Position numbers and translations under genes: made by a program. From a virus (lineage: Duplodnaviria > Caudoviricetes), in the IMG/VR virus record IMGVR_UViG_3300010163_000001, positions 64,001-128,000 of that record: 64,000 nt of DNA; one strand, given 5' to 3'. How positions within the stretch are numbered: position 1 is the stretch's first letter; each line of letters begins with the position of its first letter. Positions 38,079-47,272 of the stretch are shown here, piece by piece. Below the pieces are notes generated by a model, which ran no database searches, was not told where the DNA came from, and was given only the letters and a program-made list of their open reading frames with translations.

Positions 38079-39230
38079 ATGTTGGATGCGAATTTATTTT
38101 CCGAAGGTGCGATTTACTATTATGAAAATAACACCAATACAAAAAAAGACTATAAGAATGAGAATCTAAATCATGATTTCTTAGTTAGTAGACCCGTCTA
38201 TATTATAGGGTCAAAAGATTCCTATGAAGATTACACAGTAAACGTATTCATTATTACAAGCAACTTAGATAGGGTTGGAATACCTATAAATGTCACTGGA
38301 TGGAGATCTGGGAAAATTATTCCATACAGTACCTATACTGTACACAAAAAATATTTGACAACTTATATGGGAACAGTTTCTGATGAAATAAAAAAAATTG
38401 TACGAGATGCCTATAAATATCATTGTGGTTTCTCTACAGAAAAGCCAATTTATCTTAAAAAAGAAAAAGAACGTATAAAAGAAATAAAAAATTTTGTTAA
38501 GGGACTAACTCCAAAGCAAAAAAGTATTTACTATTTCTTAAAATCGAAATGTGAAATTACTGAAAAAACTGGATATGTACATTTTTACGAACTATGGAAT
38601 TCTTATAAGAAATCTAAATCGAAAGTGAAGTATGAAACAGCAGGAAATTTCAGTAAAGAACTTAATAAGGTTCTAAAAATATTTCCAAATGTTCATATGG
38701 ATGAAAGCGAAGAAGACTACTCAATTATTTATTATGGATTATGTCTAAAAGGTCAAATTCATAATAAAACAATTTCTGATCAAGTAAAACGAGACAGTAG
38801 AAAGAACGTCATTACAAATGAAAAGAAAACTTTAACAGAGGCTGATACGAAAACAATGGATACGAATCAGTTATTAGATCACCTATCAGAAAATTCTCTT
38901 AAAATATACAAGAAGATGGATCTCATTGAAAAAATAAGTAACTGGAAATCTAATCCTGATTATATACAACTAGACATAAAAAATGTATCGGACTTATGGA
39001 TTATTAAACGGTTAATTTCAATAGAGATAGAAGCTATATTAGAGCATCTATTTAGAGATCTTGATAAAGGTATGAACCCAAATAATTTATCACCATCAAA
39101 GAAATATATATTAGTACGGTGCACAGATCAAGATTTAACAGATCATATTGATAAAAAGTACTTAAAAAAGGGACTAAATAAATTTAGAAAAAACCTTAAG
39201 AATAGTATTGGATATTTAATGAGGCAGTGA
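38079..39230 (+). CDS. Hypothetical protein: PemK/MazF-like N-terminus plus winged-helix-like domain
   Basis: GAIYYY...SRPVYII...VFIITS; FLKSKC...ELWNSYKK...FSKEL...YYGLCLK. Confidence 0.45.
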   Translation: MLDANLFSEGAIYYYENNTNTKKDYKNENLNHDFLVSRPVYIIGSKDSYEDYTVNVFIITSNLDRVGIPINVTGWRSGKIIPYSTYTVHKKYLTTYMGTVSDEIKKIVRDAYKYHCGFSTEKPIYLKKEKERIKEIKNFVKGLTPKQKSIYYFLKSKCEITEKTGYVHFYELWNSYKKSKSKVKYETAGNFSKELNKVLKIFPNVHMDESEEDYSIIYYGLCLKGQIHNKTISDQVKRDSRKNVITNEKKTLTEADTKTMDTNQLLDHLSENSLKIYKKMDLIEKISNWKSNPDYIQLDIKNVSDLWIIKRLISIEIEAILEHLFRDLDKGMNPNNLSPSKKYILVRCTDQDLTDHIDKKYLKKGLNKFRKNLKNSIGYLMRQ

Positions 39231-39258
39231 TTTATAAAACGGAATCTCGTACGAGATT

Positions 39259-39336
39259 CCGTTTTTCTCCTCTTTTTTCTAATATATTCTTTTAATAGCT
39301 ATAAGAAAAAATAAAACATAAGGAGGATAAAAGATT
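39259..39336 (+). promoter_or_regulatory. Conserved promoter/leader module, copy 3
   Basis: CCGTTTTTCTCC...ATATATTCTTTTAATAGCTATAAGAAAAAATAAAACATAAGGAGGATAA. Confidence 0.85.
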
Positions 39337-39489
39337 ATGGCTAATTTAAATCACAAACAAATGGAAACTTTAGTAAAAGTGTTAAAGGATGCACAGAACA
39401 GCGCAATCGATAAACAGGAGTTCTCACTGCTGGATGATCTCTTTCATATTGAAAAAGTTGTGGAAGAGGTTATCCCAGTAAAAGGATAA
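39337..39489 (+). CDS. Small orphan protein (50 aa, MANLNHKQMETLVKVLKDAQ...) in cassette 3
   Basis: Below the track cutoff; shared leader; terminator GTGGTGACC...GGTCACCACTTTTTT follows directly. Confidence 0.75.
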   Translation: MANLNHKQMETLVKVLKDAQNSAIDKQEFSLLDDLFHIEKVVEEVIPVKG

Positions 39490-39521
39490 GTGGTGACCAT
39501 CTGGGTCACCACTTTTTTTGT

Positions 39522-42500
39522 TTATAATCTTGAGTCATCTGCAAATGATGGCATATCATCTGTAGGATTATATTTTAATATTTCCTTGGGTTTTATTGTC
39601 CTGGTGGAAATAAGTGCCCATGTCTCTTCTCCTGTTCTATTATCATAGGAATATTCAAATCTTACATTTCCAGGTTCTCCTTTTTTTGTAGGATTAGCAA
39701 AAACTGAAGAACCTATCTTGCTCATTTTGAGATTTTCAAATTTTCCATCCGAATCAATTGGATACCATGCAGATATTTTTTCTATAATAGTATCTTCCGG
39801 TATTGTCTGTAATACCGTGGATGATTCATATTGGAAATACACTTGATGTGAAATATATTCGGATAATTTTGATTTTGGTATTTGATCTCTTATTATTATT
39901 TGAGATGGCTCTGGTTCTTGTAAAAACTCATCAATTAAAGCAGATTCTTGCGCTTTTAACAAAGTTTTAAAATTGTTAATTGTTTCATCTTCTGTAAGTT
40001 CTGTCTTTGTAATAACTGCATCTGTCATATCTTTCGACCATGAAAGAATTTGATCCATTCGAGTGGATAAGTTTGATTCACCATTTGTATTTAAGGATAC
40101 AATGTAAATATAGCAATCATCTGTTTGTCCTATTCGATGAATTCGATCAGAACATTGTTCAAAATCCGCATTTCTCCACGGAGGTCCAAAGAAAAACATC
40201 TGATTTGCTTCCACTAATGTCACACCAGTTCCTAATGTTTGAGAAGTGGCTACTAGTACCATAATGTTATTATTCTCTTTAAATTCTTTTAATATTTCTA
40301 ATCGATTCTTCACATCTCCAGTAATCATAACAGTTCCAATTCCGTTATCATTTAAATCTTTATAAATATGCTCTACTACTCCTTTAAATTGAGAAAAGAT
40401 AAGAGTCTTTTTTGTATTTTCTGTGATCATCTTATAAAATACATCCTTATTCTCAGAATATAAAGAAATGTACATATCCCTTCGATATGGAGGCATAATT
40501 TCTCCATATGCAATTCCTAACCAATGTGCTTTATATCTTACATAATTCTTAATAAGAAAATTATAATAATCTTTATCTTCTTTCTTTTGTATCTTCTTTA
40601 AAACTGCTTTCATGTATTTTTCTACATATATTTGATCTATTTCATGCAAATTCTCATGTTTTCGAACCATAATATCCATAAGATCGATAAATTGATCTGC
40701 ATTCATATCATCAGGAGCATATTTTCTACTCATATCATAGAATGGTTTTCGTAACTCCATCATTTCACTCAAATGTAAGTCATAATAGTAACTAAATTTT
40801 TCAGATACTTCTTTAAATACATTAGATAAAGTGTATTTATCTTTATCTAACGTAGATAATTCTAGTGGAAGTATATGTTTTTCAGGAAGTGTTCCATCCA
40901 ACACATCCTTTTCTTTCCGATACATAATTTTACCAAATCTAGCTTGTACCAAAGATGTTCCTAATGAGGTTTTTAACTTGAAAGCCTTATCAAATATCTT
41001 AGCGGCTTCCATTGTAAAGGTTGGATCGATCATTAATAAAGCAGGAACAATCTCATTTGGTGTTGCTTTAATTGGGGTACCACTCATTACAAGAGTATCT
41101 TTACATTTCAACTTATCTCTTAATTCAATCAATTGATGAACTCTTTTTGATTCTATATTCCTAAAGTTGTGACTTTCATCGACAATTAATATATTTTTGC
41201 CAGACATTACGTATGGAAACATTTTTTCTATAGATTCGTTATTTGTAATAATAAACTTTGTAGTATTTTCATTAAACTTCGTAGGTCTATCGCTACAAAT
41301 GAATACTTCTTGTTTCCATAAATCTTCATCTTGATATTTTTCATAATATTTTTGAATTTCTAATGCCCAGTTTGCTTTTAATGAATTTGGACATACGATA
41401 TATACATGATCAGCGCTAAGGCACTCCGTTAATCCTATCGCAGTTAATGTCTTTCCAAGACCTTGCTCAAATGCCAGGATATATCCTTTCAAATTTAGTT
41501 GTGCTTTTAATCTCGGATAATTTTGAATAAAATCTATCTGATAATCATTCAATGTCAATGTCAAATTCTTTAATTTGGATGTATTTAGTGGAGCAGTAAT
41601 CTGTGCATTTCTATCTGCTTCAGCTAACCAAGAATTCTCATAAATTGTAACAGCAAATGCTTTATAAGTTTTATCTCTGAATCGTTTCCCTAAATCAGTA
41701 AATAATCTTACTAATTCTAAGGCAAAGAACTCTGGAGTATACATATAATCAATTTTAATATCTGCTCTCTGTATTCTCTTCTTTTCAAATCTCTTATATG
41801 ATAATGCATTGTATTTAGGAAGAAAGATATTTCCTAGGGATTTATCTTTATAGTGTCTTGAAATACGTGATTTTAATAATTTATAATTAATCCCCCATAT
41901 TTCAATATAGCCATCTTTAATTTTTACTCCCGTATATCCATAGTTAGCTATTCCACCAACTAAATTCTTCTCACCAAAAATCTTATGATGCCAAGTATCT
42001 AATTCTTCCTGTTTTGATTTGCCTGTAAATAAATCTAAAAATCCTTCTTTTGCTACTTGTACTTCTGAAAAGTCCATAAAGTATTGATGATCACCTTTTG
42101 ATTGAAATCCTAATTTCTCTGCTAATTTTTCAGAAGGTTCATTTCCTTCCTTACGTACTTTCCAATCTAAATAGGTAATATTATTTTCTTTTGCCCATCG
42201 AATTGCTTCATCTACTAAAATACCAGTGAACCCTTGTCTCCGATATTCAGGTTTACAAGCTATACATATAACTGCAGTATTTTTCTCCATATCTGGTAAT
42301 GTATACAGTTCAATGAATGCGGCTGGATCTTTATCTGTTAAAATTACATTTCGATAAATTACATAAGGACTCTTTTTAAAGGTTCCATTACAAATTAAAT
42401 GTAACTCTTCATCTGTTAAAGTTTTTACAATACTTTTTACATGATTAAAATTCTTAGAGAATGAGATAATATTATTTCCAAACCAAGATTCATTTACCCC

Positions 42501-44465
42501 ACCAGTTATTTCTTCTGGTAACATCCCATTCTTTCTGAGGTATTTCTGTAATGCCTGTTGGTGTACTGGATGTAAGTCATGATAAATATTACTGATTTTA
42601 ACCCATCCTAATGTATCAAAATGAGTTTCTTCATCTTCTGGCTTTACATAACCAGTATAATTTCCGTTCCATCTTCCAACATATAGTTCATTATAGTGTC
42701 CATACCACCATTTATCTTTTGGATAATTTTCCCTCATCCAATGTGGTATTTTCTTTCTCCTATTTACATAAGAACCAAAATACTCTACATCTTTTACATT
42801 TTGATGTACTTCTTCTTGTGCTTCCCGAATAGCGGTAGCCATATGGTCTTCTCCTTCATTCCACCCACCACCAGGAAAGTCATATTCTCTCTTTTTCTCA
42901 AATCCTTTTCGTAAATTAACAAGAATCTCTTCTTCATCATTCACAATGATAATTTCGGATCTCCCTCTCAATAACTTATCGGATTTATCACATTTGACAT
43001 AAGAATCTATTTCTCCTTTATAATTGCGATAGTACCATGTCCCTTCAATTAAAATTGAAGAACCATTTTGAGAAAAGAAATATTTATCTTTTGCAGATGA
43101 TTCATTTGCATAATCAAAATCTATCTGAGCATATCTCTTTTCTTTAATTAATTCCATATTTCGTTCCGTAACACTTGGATCATACTTTGAAAAATCTAAT
43201 CCATGATTCACCAATGTAGCATCATCCATATTACAAAAGTCTTCTGGTAAATATAAACTTGGATCTTTATCTATCTCTTTTCCTGCACTAAGTATCTCTG
43301 CACAAAATTCACTGCAAAAATGTTTCGTATCATGATGCGTTTTCTTCTGTAAGAATACAAAGGGCAATCGATAAAATCCATATCGCATCTCTTTTTCTCT
43401 TGCTTTAAATTTCTCAAGTGCTTCATTCATTTTCAAATACATTTGTTTATTCACAAATGTAACGTATACACTATAATATGCCTTTCCCTTCTTTATAAAA
43501 TCAGAAGTAGGATTCATATCTGTTAATCCCATCTTATGTCCAGGCTCATCTTTTAAACCAAAGGAATACATCGGAATTAAAGACGGATTAAATGATATAC
43601 AGACATGAGAAAATTCTGCTTTTGTAATCATTTTTATAGCTGCCATCATTGGAGTCTTATAACTTAACATAATAAAAAAGATAGGATAAGAATTTTCCTT
43701 TGTCCATACTGCTGCTTCAAATGCAATTGCATCAAATTTTCGCTGCTTTACAAGTTCTAAATTTCTTTTTGTAATTTCTGGATCATATTCAATGAAATTT
43801 AGCCCATGATTTACTAATGTAATATCATCTAAGCCAGCAAGATCTTGTGGTTTGTGTAAACTTGGTAACTTGTCCAATTTCCTTCCAGCATTTATAATTT
43901 CTGCAACAAATCTACTGCAGAAGTATTTCTTGGAATGCTCTGATGATCTTTGTAATTGACAACTGATAAGGTTAAAAATGTCAAATTTCCATTCTTTATA
44001 ATGTTCCATGAATTTATTTAAAGTTTCCTGCATCTTATCATATGTCTCTTTGTCTACATACATGACATATACTCCATAATAGGATTGCCATTTATCATAA
44101 TCGCCGGAATCATATGAATTCAATGTCATTCCCATACGACCTTTCCCATCTATATATTCCAATCCGAATGAATATAACGGCTTTAAAGATGGATCAAAAG
44201 AAATTCCTGCATGGGAATATTCATCTTTTGTAACTGCTTTAATTGCGTGTGCTAATGGTGTTCCAGTATGCATCAATACAATAAATACCGGATATTTATT
44301 CTTTTTTGAATAATGTGCTTCTTCTTGAACGATTTCTATATTATTCATGCCATGACAACAAGAAGCACAAGTTTGTGTTTTTTCATATTGCTGGCATAAA
44401 CCAAAGCATTCACAGTTAGAATGCCTCATATTAATAAGAGCGGCTTCTGTTGCTTTAGTTAGCAT
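39522..44465 (-). CDS. Polyvalent virion-cargo polyprotein: 2x permuted papain-like, NUDIX, GNAT, SNF2 helicase, SET-like tail
   Basis: SHAGISF..FCSRFVAE and SHVCISF..FCSEFCAE; Nudix box GGWNEGEDHMATAIREAQEE; GNAT PEYRRQG...NEPSEKLAEKLGF; SNF2 EQGLGKT, DESH, SGTP, DRIHRIGQ. Start ATG 44465 behind AGGAGG. Confidence 0.85.
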   Translation of the reverse strand: MLTKATEAALINMRHSNCECFGLCQQYEKTQTCASCCHGMNNIEIVQEEAHYSKKNKYPVFIVLMHTGTPLAHAIKAVTKDEYSHAGISFDPSLKPLYSFGLEYIDGKGRMGMTLNSYDSGDYDKWQSYYGVYVMYVDKETYDKMQETLNKFMEHYKEWKFDIFNLISCQLQRSSEHSKKYFCSRFVAEIINAGRKLDKLPSLHKPQDLAGLDDITLVNHGLNFIEYDPEITKRNLELVKQRKFDAIAFEAAVWTKENSYPIFFIMLSYKTPMMAAIKMITKAEFSHVCISFNPSLIPMYSFGLKDEPGHKMGLTDMNPTSDFIKKGKAYYSVYVTFVNKQMYLKMNEALEKFKAREKEMRYGFYRLPFVFLQKKTHHDTKHFCSEFCAEILSAGKEIDKDPSLYLPEDFCNMDDATLVNHGLDFSKYDPSVTERNMELIKEKRYAQIDFDYANESSAKDKYFFSQNGSSILIEGTWYYRNYKGEIDSYVKCDKSDKLLRGRSEIIIVNDEEEILVNLRKGFEKKREYDFPGGGWNEGEDHMATAIREAQEEVHQNVKDVEYFGSYVNRRKKIPHWMRENYPKDKWWYGHYNELYVGRWNGNYTGYVKPEDEETHFDTLGWVKISNIYHDLHPVHQQALQKYLRKNGMLPEEITGGVNESWFGNNIISFSKNFNHVKSIVKTLTDEELHLICNGTFKKSPYVIYRNVILTDKDPAAFIELYTLPDMEKNTAVICIACKPEYRRQGFTGILVDEAIRWAKENNITYLDWKVRKEGNEPSEKLAEKLGFQSKGDHQYFMDFSEVQVAKEGFLDLFTGKSKQEELDTWHHKIFGEKNLVGGIANYGYTGVKIKDGYIEIWGINYKLLKSRISRHYKDKSLGNIFLPKYNALSYKRFEKKRIQRADIKIDYMYTPEFFALELVRLFTDLGKRFRDKTYKAFAVTIYENSWLAEADRNAQITAPLNTSKLKNLTLTLNDYQIDFIQNYPRLKAQLNLKGYILAFEQGLGKTLTAIGLTECLSADHVYIVCPNSLKANWALEIQKYYEKYQDEDLWKQEVFICSDRPTKFNENTTKFIITNNESIEKMFPYVMSGKNILIVDESHNFRNIESKRVHQLIELRDKLKCKDTLVMSGTPIKATPNEIVPALLMIDPTFTMEAAKIFDKAFKLKTSLGTSLVQARFGKIMYRKEKDVLDGTLPEKHILPLELSTLDKDKYTLSNVFKEVSEKFSYYYDLHLSEMMELRKPFYDMSRKYAPDDMNADQFIDLMDIMVRKHENLHEIDQIYVEKYMKAVLKKIQKKEDKDYYNFLIKNYVRYKAHWLGIAYGEIMPPYRRDMYISLYSENKDVFYKMITENTKKTLIFSQFKGVVEHIYKDLNDNGIGTVMITGDVKNRLEILKEFKENNNIMVLVATSQTLGTGVTLVEANQMFFFGPPWRNADFEQCSDRIHRIGQTDDCYIYIVSLNTNGESNLSTRMDQILSWSKDMTDAVITKTELTEDETINNFKTLLKAQESALIDEFLQEPEPSQIIIRDQIPKSKLSEYISHQVYFQYESSTVLQTIPEDTIIEKISAWYPIDSDGKFENLKMSKIGSSVFANPTKKGEPGNVRFEYSYDNRTGEETWALISTRTIKPKEILKYNPTDDMPSFADDSRL

Positions 44466-44478
44466 AAACAAATCCTCC

Positions 44479-44901
44479 TTATTTAATATATTTTACTAAA
44501 TCTTTAGTACTGCCAATCCACTTCATGGTATAATCTGCCGCTTTATCGGAATTTACGAATAGGACTCCTAAAAATTTCCCAAGATAACGGTTATTCACAC
44601 TAATAACAGTATATACGTATATGTTACCAATCTTTTTTACTCCTAACATTTTATGATCAGGACTATTTATCACAGCGTTTTCAACATGTTCTCTCAATTC
44701 AGGAATAATCGGCTTACAATCCGACGCACGAACGTTCAATTTATCTTCCATGTAATCTGGAACATACTTTATTAAATCCTCAATTTCGTATTTTTTACTT
44801 AATTCGTTAAGTCTCTTTTTCTCTTTCATTTTATTAATTAGTCCCTCATTTGCAATAACCATGTTATTGCAATATGAGATAAAATCAGTCATTTGATTCA
44901 T
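44479..44901 (-). CDS. Probable virion protein with propeptide (FISYC...ANEG)
   Basis: Leader shared with 45929-47260. Confidence 0.6.
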   Translation of the reverse strand: MNQMTDFISYCNNMVIANEGLINKMKEKKRLNELSKKYEIEDLIKYVPDYMEDKLNVRASDCKPIIPELREHVENAVINSPDHKMLGVKKIGNIYVYTVISVNNRYLGKFLGVLFVNSDKAADYTMKWIGSTKDLVKYIK

Positions 44902-44935
44902 ACGTTAAATCACCTCTATTCTTATAGGAAAGTAT

Positions 44936-45904
44936 TTATTCATAAACGAAAAGGTCTATAAAAATATGCCCTTCGTCTCCATCTCCAGTCCCAACTTCTA
45001 AATTAAATTCATCAGAACCTTCTATCATAGTAAGGGGTTCTTTTCCATAGTCTTTTCTAAGAGCATTACCTAGAGCTTTCATTCTTATACCCTCTGTTGC
45101 AGGGATCATACTATCTTCATATTCAAAATCAACTTGATCAAATTGTTTATTTCTTACAAGTTTCATATTACGTTTTGTAACTTTTGGATTGTATTGATAA
45201 AAATCAAATCCATGATTCACTAACGAAATATCATTTAATTCTGATAAATCACTAGGTCTAGTAATGGAAGGATCTTTTCCAATATCTTTGCCGGAATTTA
45301 AAATTGTAGCAACTAATTCACTACAAAACATATAGTTTGTTTCTTTTCTCTTCTTAATTTGTAAAGCACCTCTTGTAACTATTCCGATCACTGCAAACCC
45401 ATAATCATTCTCATTCTCAAGAAAATATTCCATTTTCTTTTTCATTTTGTCTCTTGTAGCTTTATCCACATACATGACATACACGCTGTAGTATGTCTTG
45501 ATATCTTTATAATATTTTGATTTTGGAGTTGTTTTTCTTATTCCTAAACGATTATCCGGATTTTCTTCTTTTGAATTAGCTCCCATAGTATAACAAACTT
45601 TTAAATCTGGTTCAAATGCAATCATTGCATGAGTAAATTCGCTCTCTGTAAACTTCTTCGTCAAAATACTTAATCCTATTCCAGTATAAGTTAGAATTAT
45701 AAAGATAGGATATTTATTTTTCTTAGACCAGTCTGCTTCTTCTGTAACCACCCCATAATATGGATTAGTTACAATTGACTGTTCCAAACCAGCTTGACAA
45801 GCGGCACAATGACCGACTTGTTCAAACTGTTGACATAAACCAAAGCACGGACATTTAGAATGTCTAGCATTGATTATCTCTTTTTTAGCTTCGTTTGATA
45901 ACAT
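44936..45904 (-). CDS. Permuted papain-like (YiiX/NlpC-P60-type) domain virion protein with Cys-rich leader
   Basis: FTHAMIAF...MFCSELVATIL; leader RHSKCPCFGLCQQ shared with the 1649-aa protein. Confidence 0.7.
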   Translation of the reverse strand: MLSNEAKKEIINARHSKCPCFGLCQQFEQVGHCAACQAGLEQSIVTNPYYGVVTEEADWSKKNKYPIFIILTYTGIGLSILTKKFTESEFTHAMIAFEPDLKVCYTMGANSKEENPDNRLGIRKTTPKSKYYKDIKTYYSVYVMYVDKATRDKMKKKMEYFLENENDYGFAVIGIVTRGALQIKKRKETNYMFCSELVATILNSGKDIGKDPSITRPSDLSELNDISLVNHGFDFYQYNPKVTKRNMKLVRNKQFDQVDFEYEDSMIPATEGIRMKALGNALRKDYGKEPLTMIEGSDEFNLEVGTGDGDEGHIFIDLFVYE

Positions 45905-45928
45905 AAATAAATAGCCCCCTAAATAATA

Positions 45929-47260
45929 TTAATATTCAAAATCTATATTGTCAAAATTCTGTTGTCTTACCAATTTCATATTTTTCTTTGTCACTTCTGG
46001 GTCATAATCATAGAAATCATATCCATGATTTACAAGTGAAATATCTTCTAACTCAGTAAGATCTCCAGGTCTAGTGATAGATGGATCTTTATGACCTTTA
46101 TCACCAGCTTTTAGTATCTCTGCAACTAACTGACTACAGAAGAATTTAAAGTTAGGGTCTTTTTTCTTAATCTGTAATCCTCCTCCGGTAATCAATCCTG
46201 CTTGTGCGAATTTAATATCTTTCTCGTGTTCTGCAAAATACTTAACTTTATTCAGCATTTTATCTCTTGTGGCTTTATCTACATACATTACGTATACGCT
46301 ATAATAGGTACCTTTTTTAATTATTTCTCTATAATAATAGGATTTTGGTCCGAAATGAACTAAACCGTATTTATCACTACCTTTGTATCTTCCACCACCA
46401 AATTCATCTTTCAGTCTCTCAGACATAGACCAACATTGATTCAATTCTGGGTCAAACGCAATCATCGCATGAGAGAATTCACTTCCTGTAAATGGTTTAA
46501 TTACCATGGATAATGGTCCACCTGTATAAGTGAATATAAGAAAAATTGGATATCTATTTTTATGAGACCACGTTGCTTCTTCTGTTGCAGGAGTTGAATT
46601 TGCTGCTAATGCATATTTATCCATGATTTTATCCATAGTATCAATACTTAAATCAAATTGAATACGAATTAAATAATCAGCGTCATATACTTTCTCTCCA
46701 GAATGTGGTTCCAATAATTTCGCATCTTTATCAGTTCTTGAAAAATTATATACAGCATCACTAATTGCGATTATAAAATCGTCTATAACGTTTTCCGTTT
46801 CATCGTATTCTTCCCGAGATAATTTACATGTCCATTCATCGAGCTGTTTGATACAATAATAGTTTCCAAACCATTTTTCTACCTTTGGTGTTTCAATATT
46901 ATCCTTTATTACTTTATATTTTGGGTCATTTAATAATTTCTTCATAAATTGAAGTGTTTTATTTGCGATTCTTAAATTAATAGAATCTTCTAATTCTTTT
47001 ATCTTATTTAGTCCTTTTTTACTACCTTCTACCCCATATTTATGACGATAATCACTTGGTACATAATCTTTACCATATTTATCCTCTAATTTTCCTTCCC
47101 TTTTTAAGTCCTTAAGGTTTTTACGAAAAGCTTTAAAAGATCTTTTTCCGTTTTCATCTCCCAATCCAGCAGCTATTAGAATATCAAGCATTCCTGTTTT
47201 TTCATTAGCAACTTTCATACTATCACAGTATGATATAAATTCACTAACTTGATTATCCAT
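45929..47260 (-). CDS. Two-domain virion protein with C-terminal permuted papain-like domain
   Basis: FSHAMIAF...FFCSQLVAEIL following ATEEA. Confidence 0.7.
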   Translation of the reverse strand: MDNQVSEFISYCDSMKVANEKTGMLDILIAAGLGDENGKRSFKAFRKNLKDLKREGKLEDKYGKDYVPSDYRHKYGVEGSKKGLNKIKELEDSINLRIANKTLQFMKKLLNDPKYKVIKDNIETPKVEKWFGNYYCIKQLDEWTCKLSREEYDETENVIDDFIIAISDAVYNFSRTDKDAKLLEPHSGEKVYDADYLIRIQFDLSIDTMDKIMDKYALAANSTPATEEATWSHKNRYPIFLIFTYTGGPLSMVIKPFTGSEFSHAMIAFDPELNQCWSMSERLKDEFGGGRYKGSDKYGLVHFGPKSYYYREIIKKGTYYSVYVMYVDKATRDKMLNKVKYFAEHEKDIKFAQAGLITGGGLQIKKKDPNFKFFCSQLVAEILKAGDKGHKDPSITRPGDLTELEDISLVNHGYDFYDYDPEVTKKNMKLVRQQNFDNIDFEY

Positions 47261-47272
47261 CTATAAATCACC

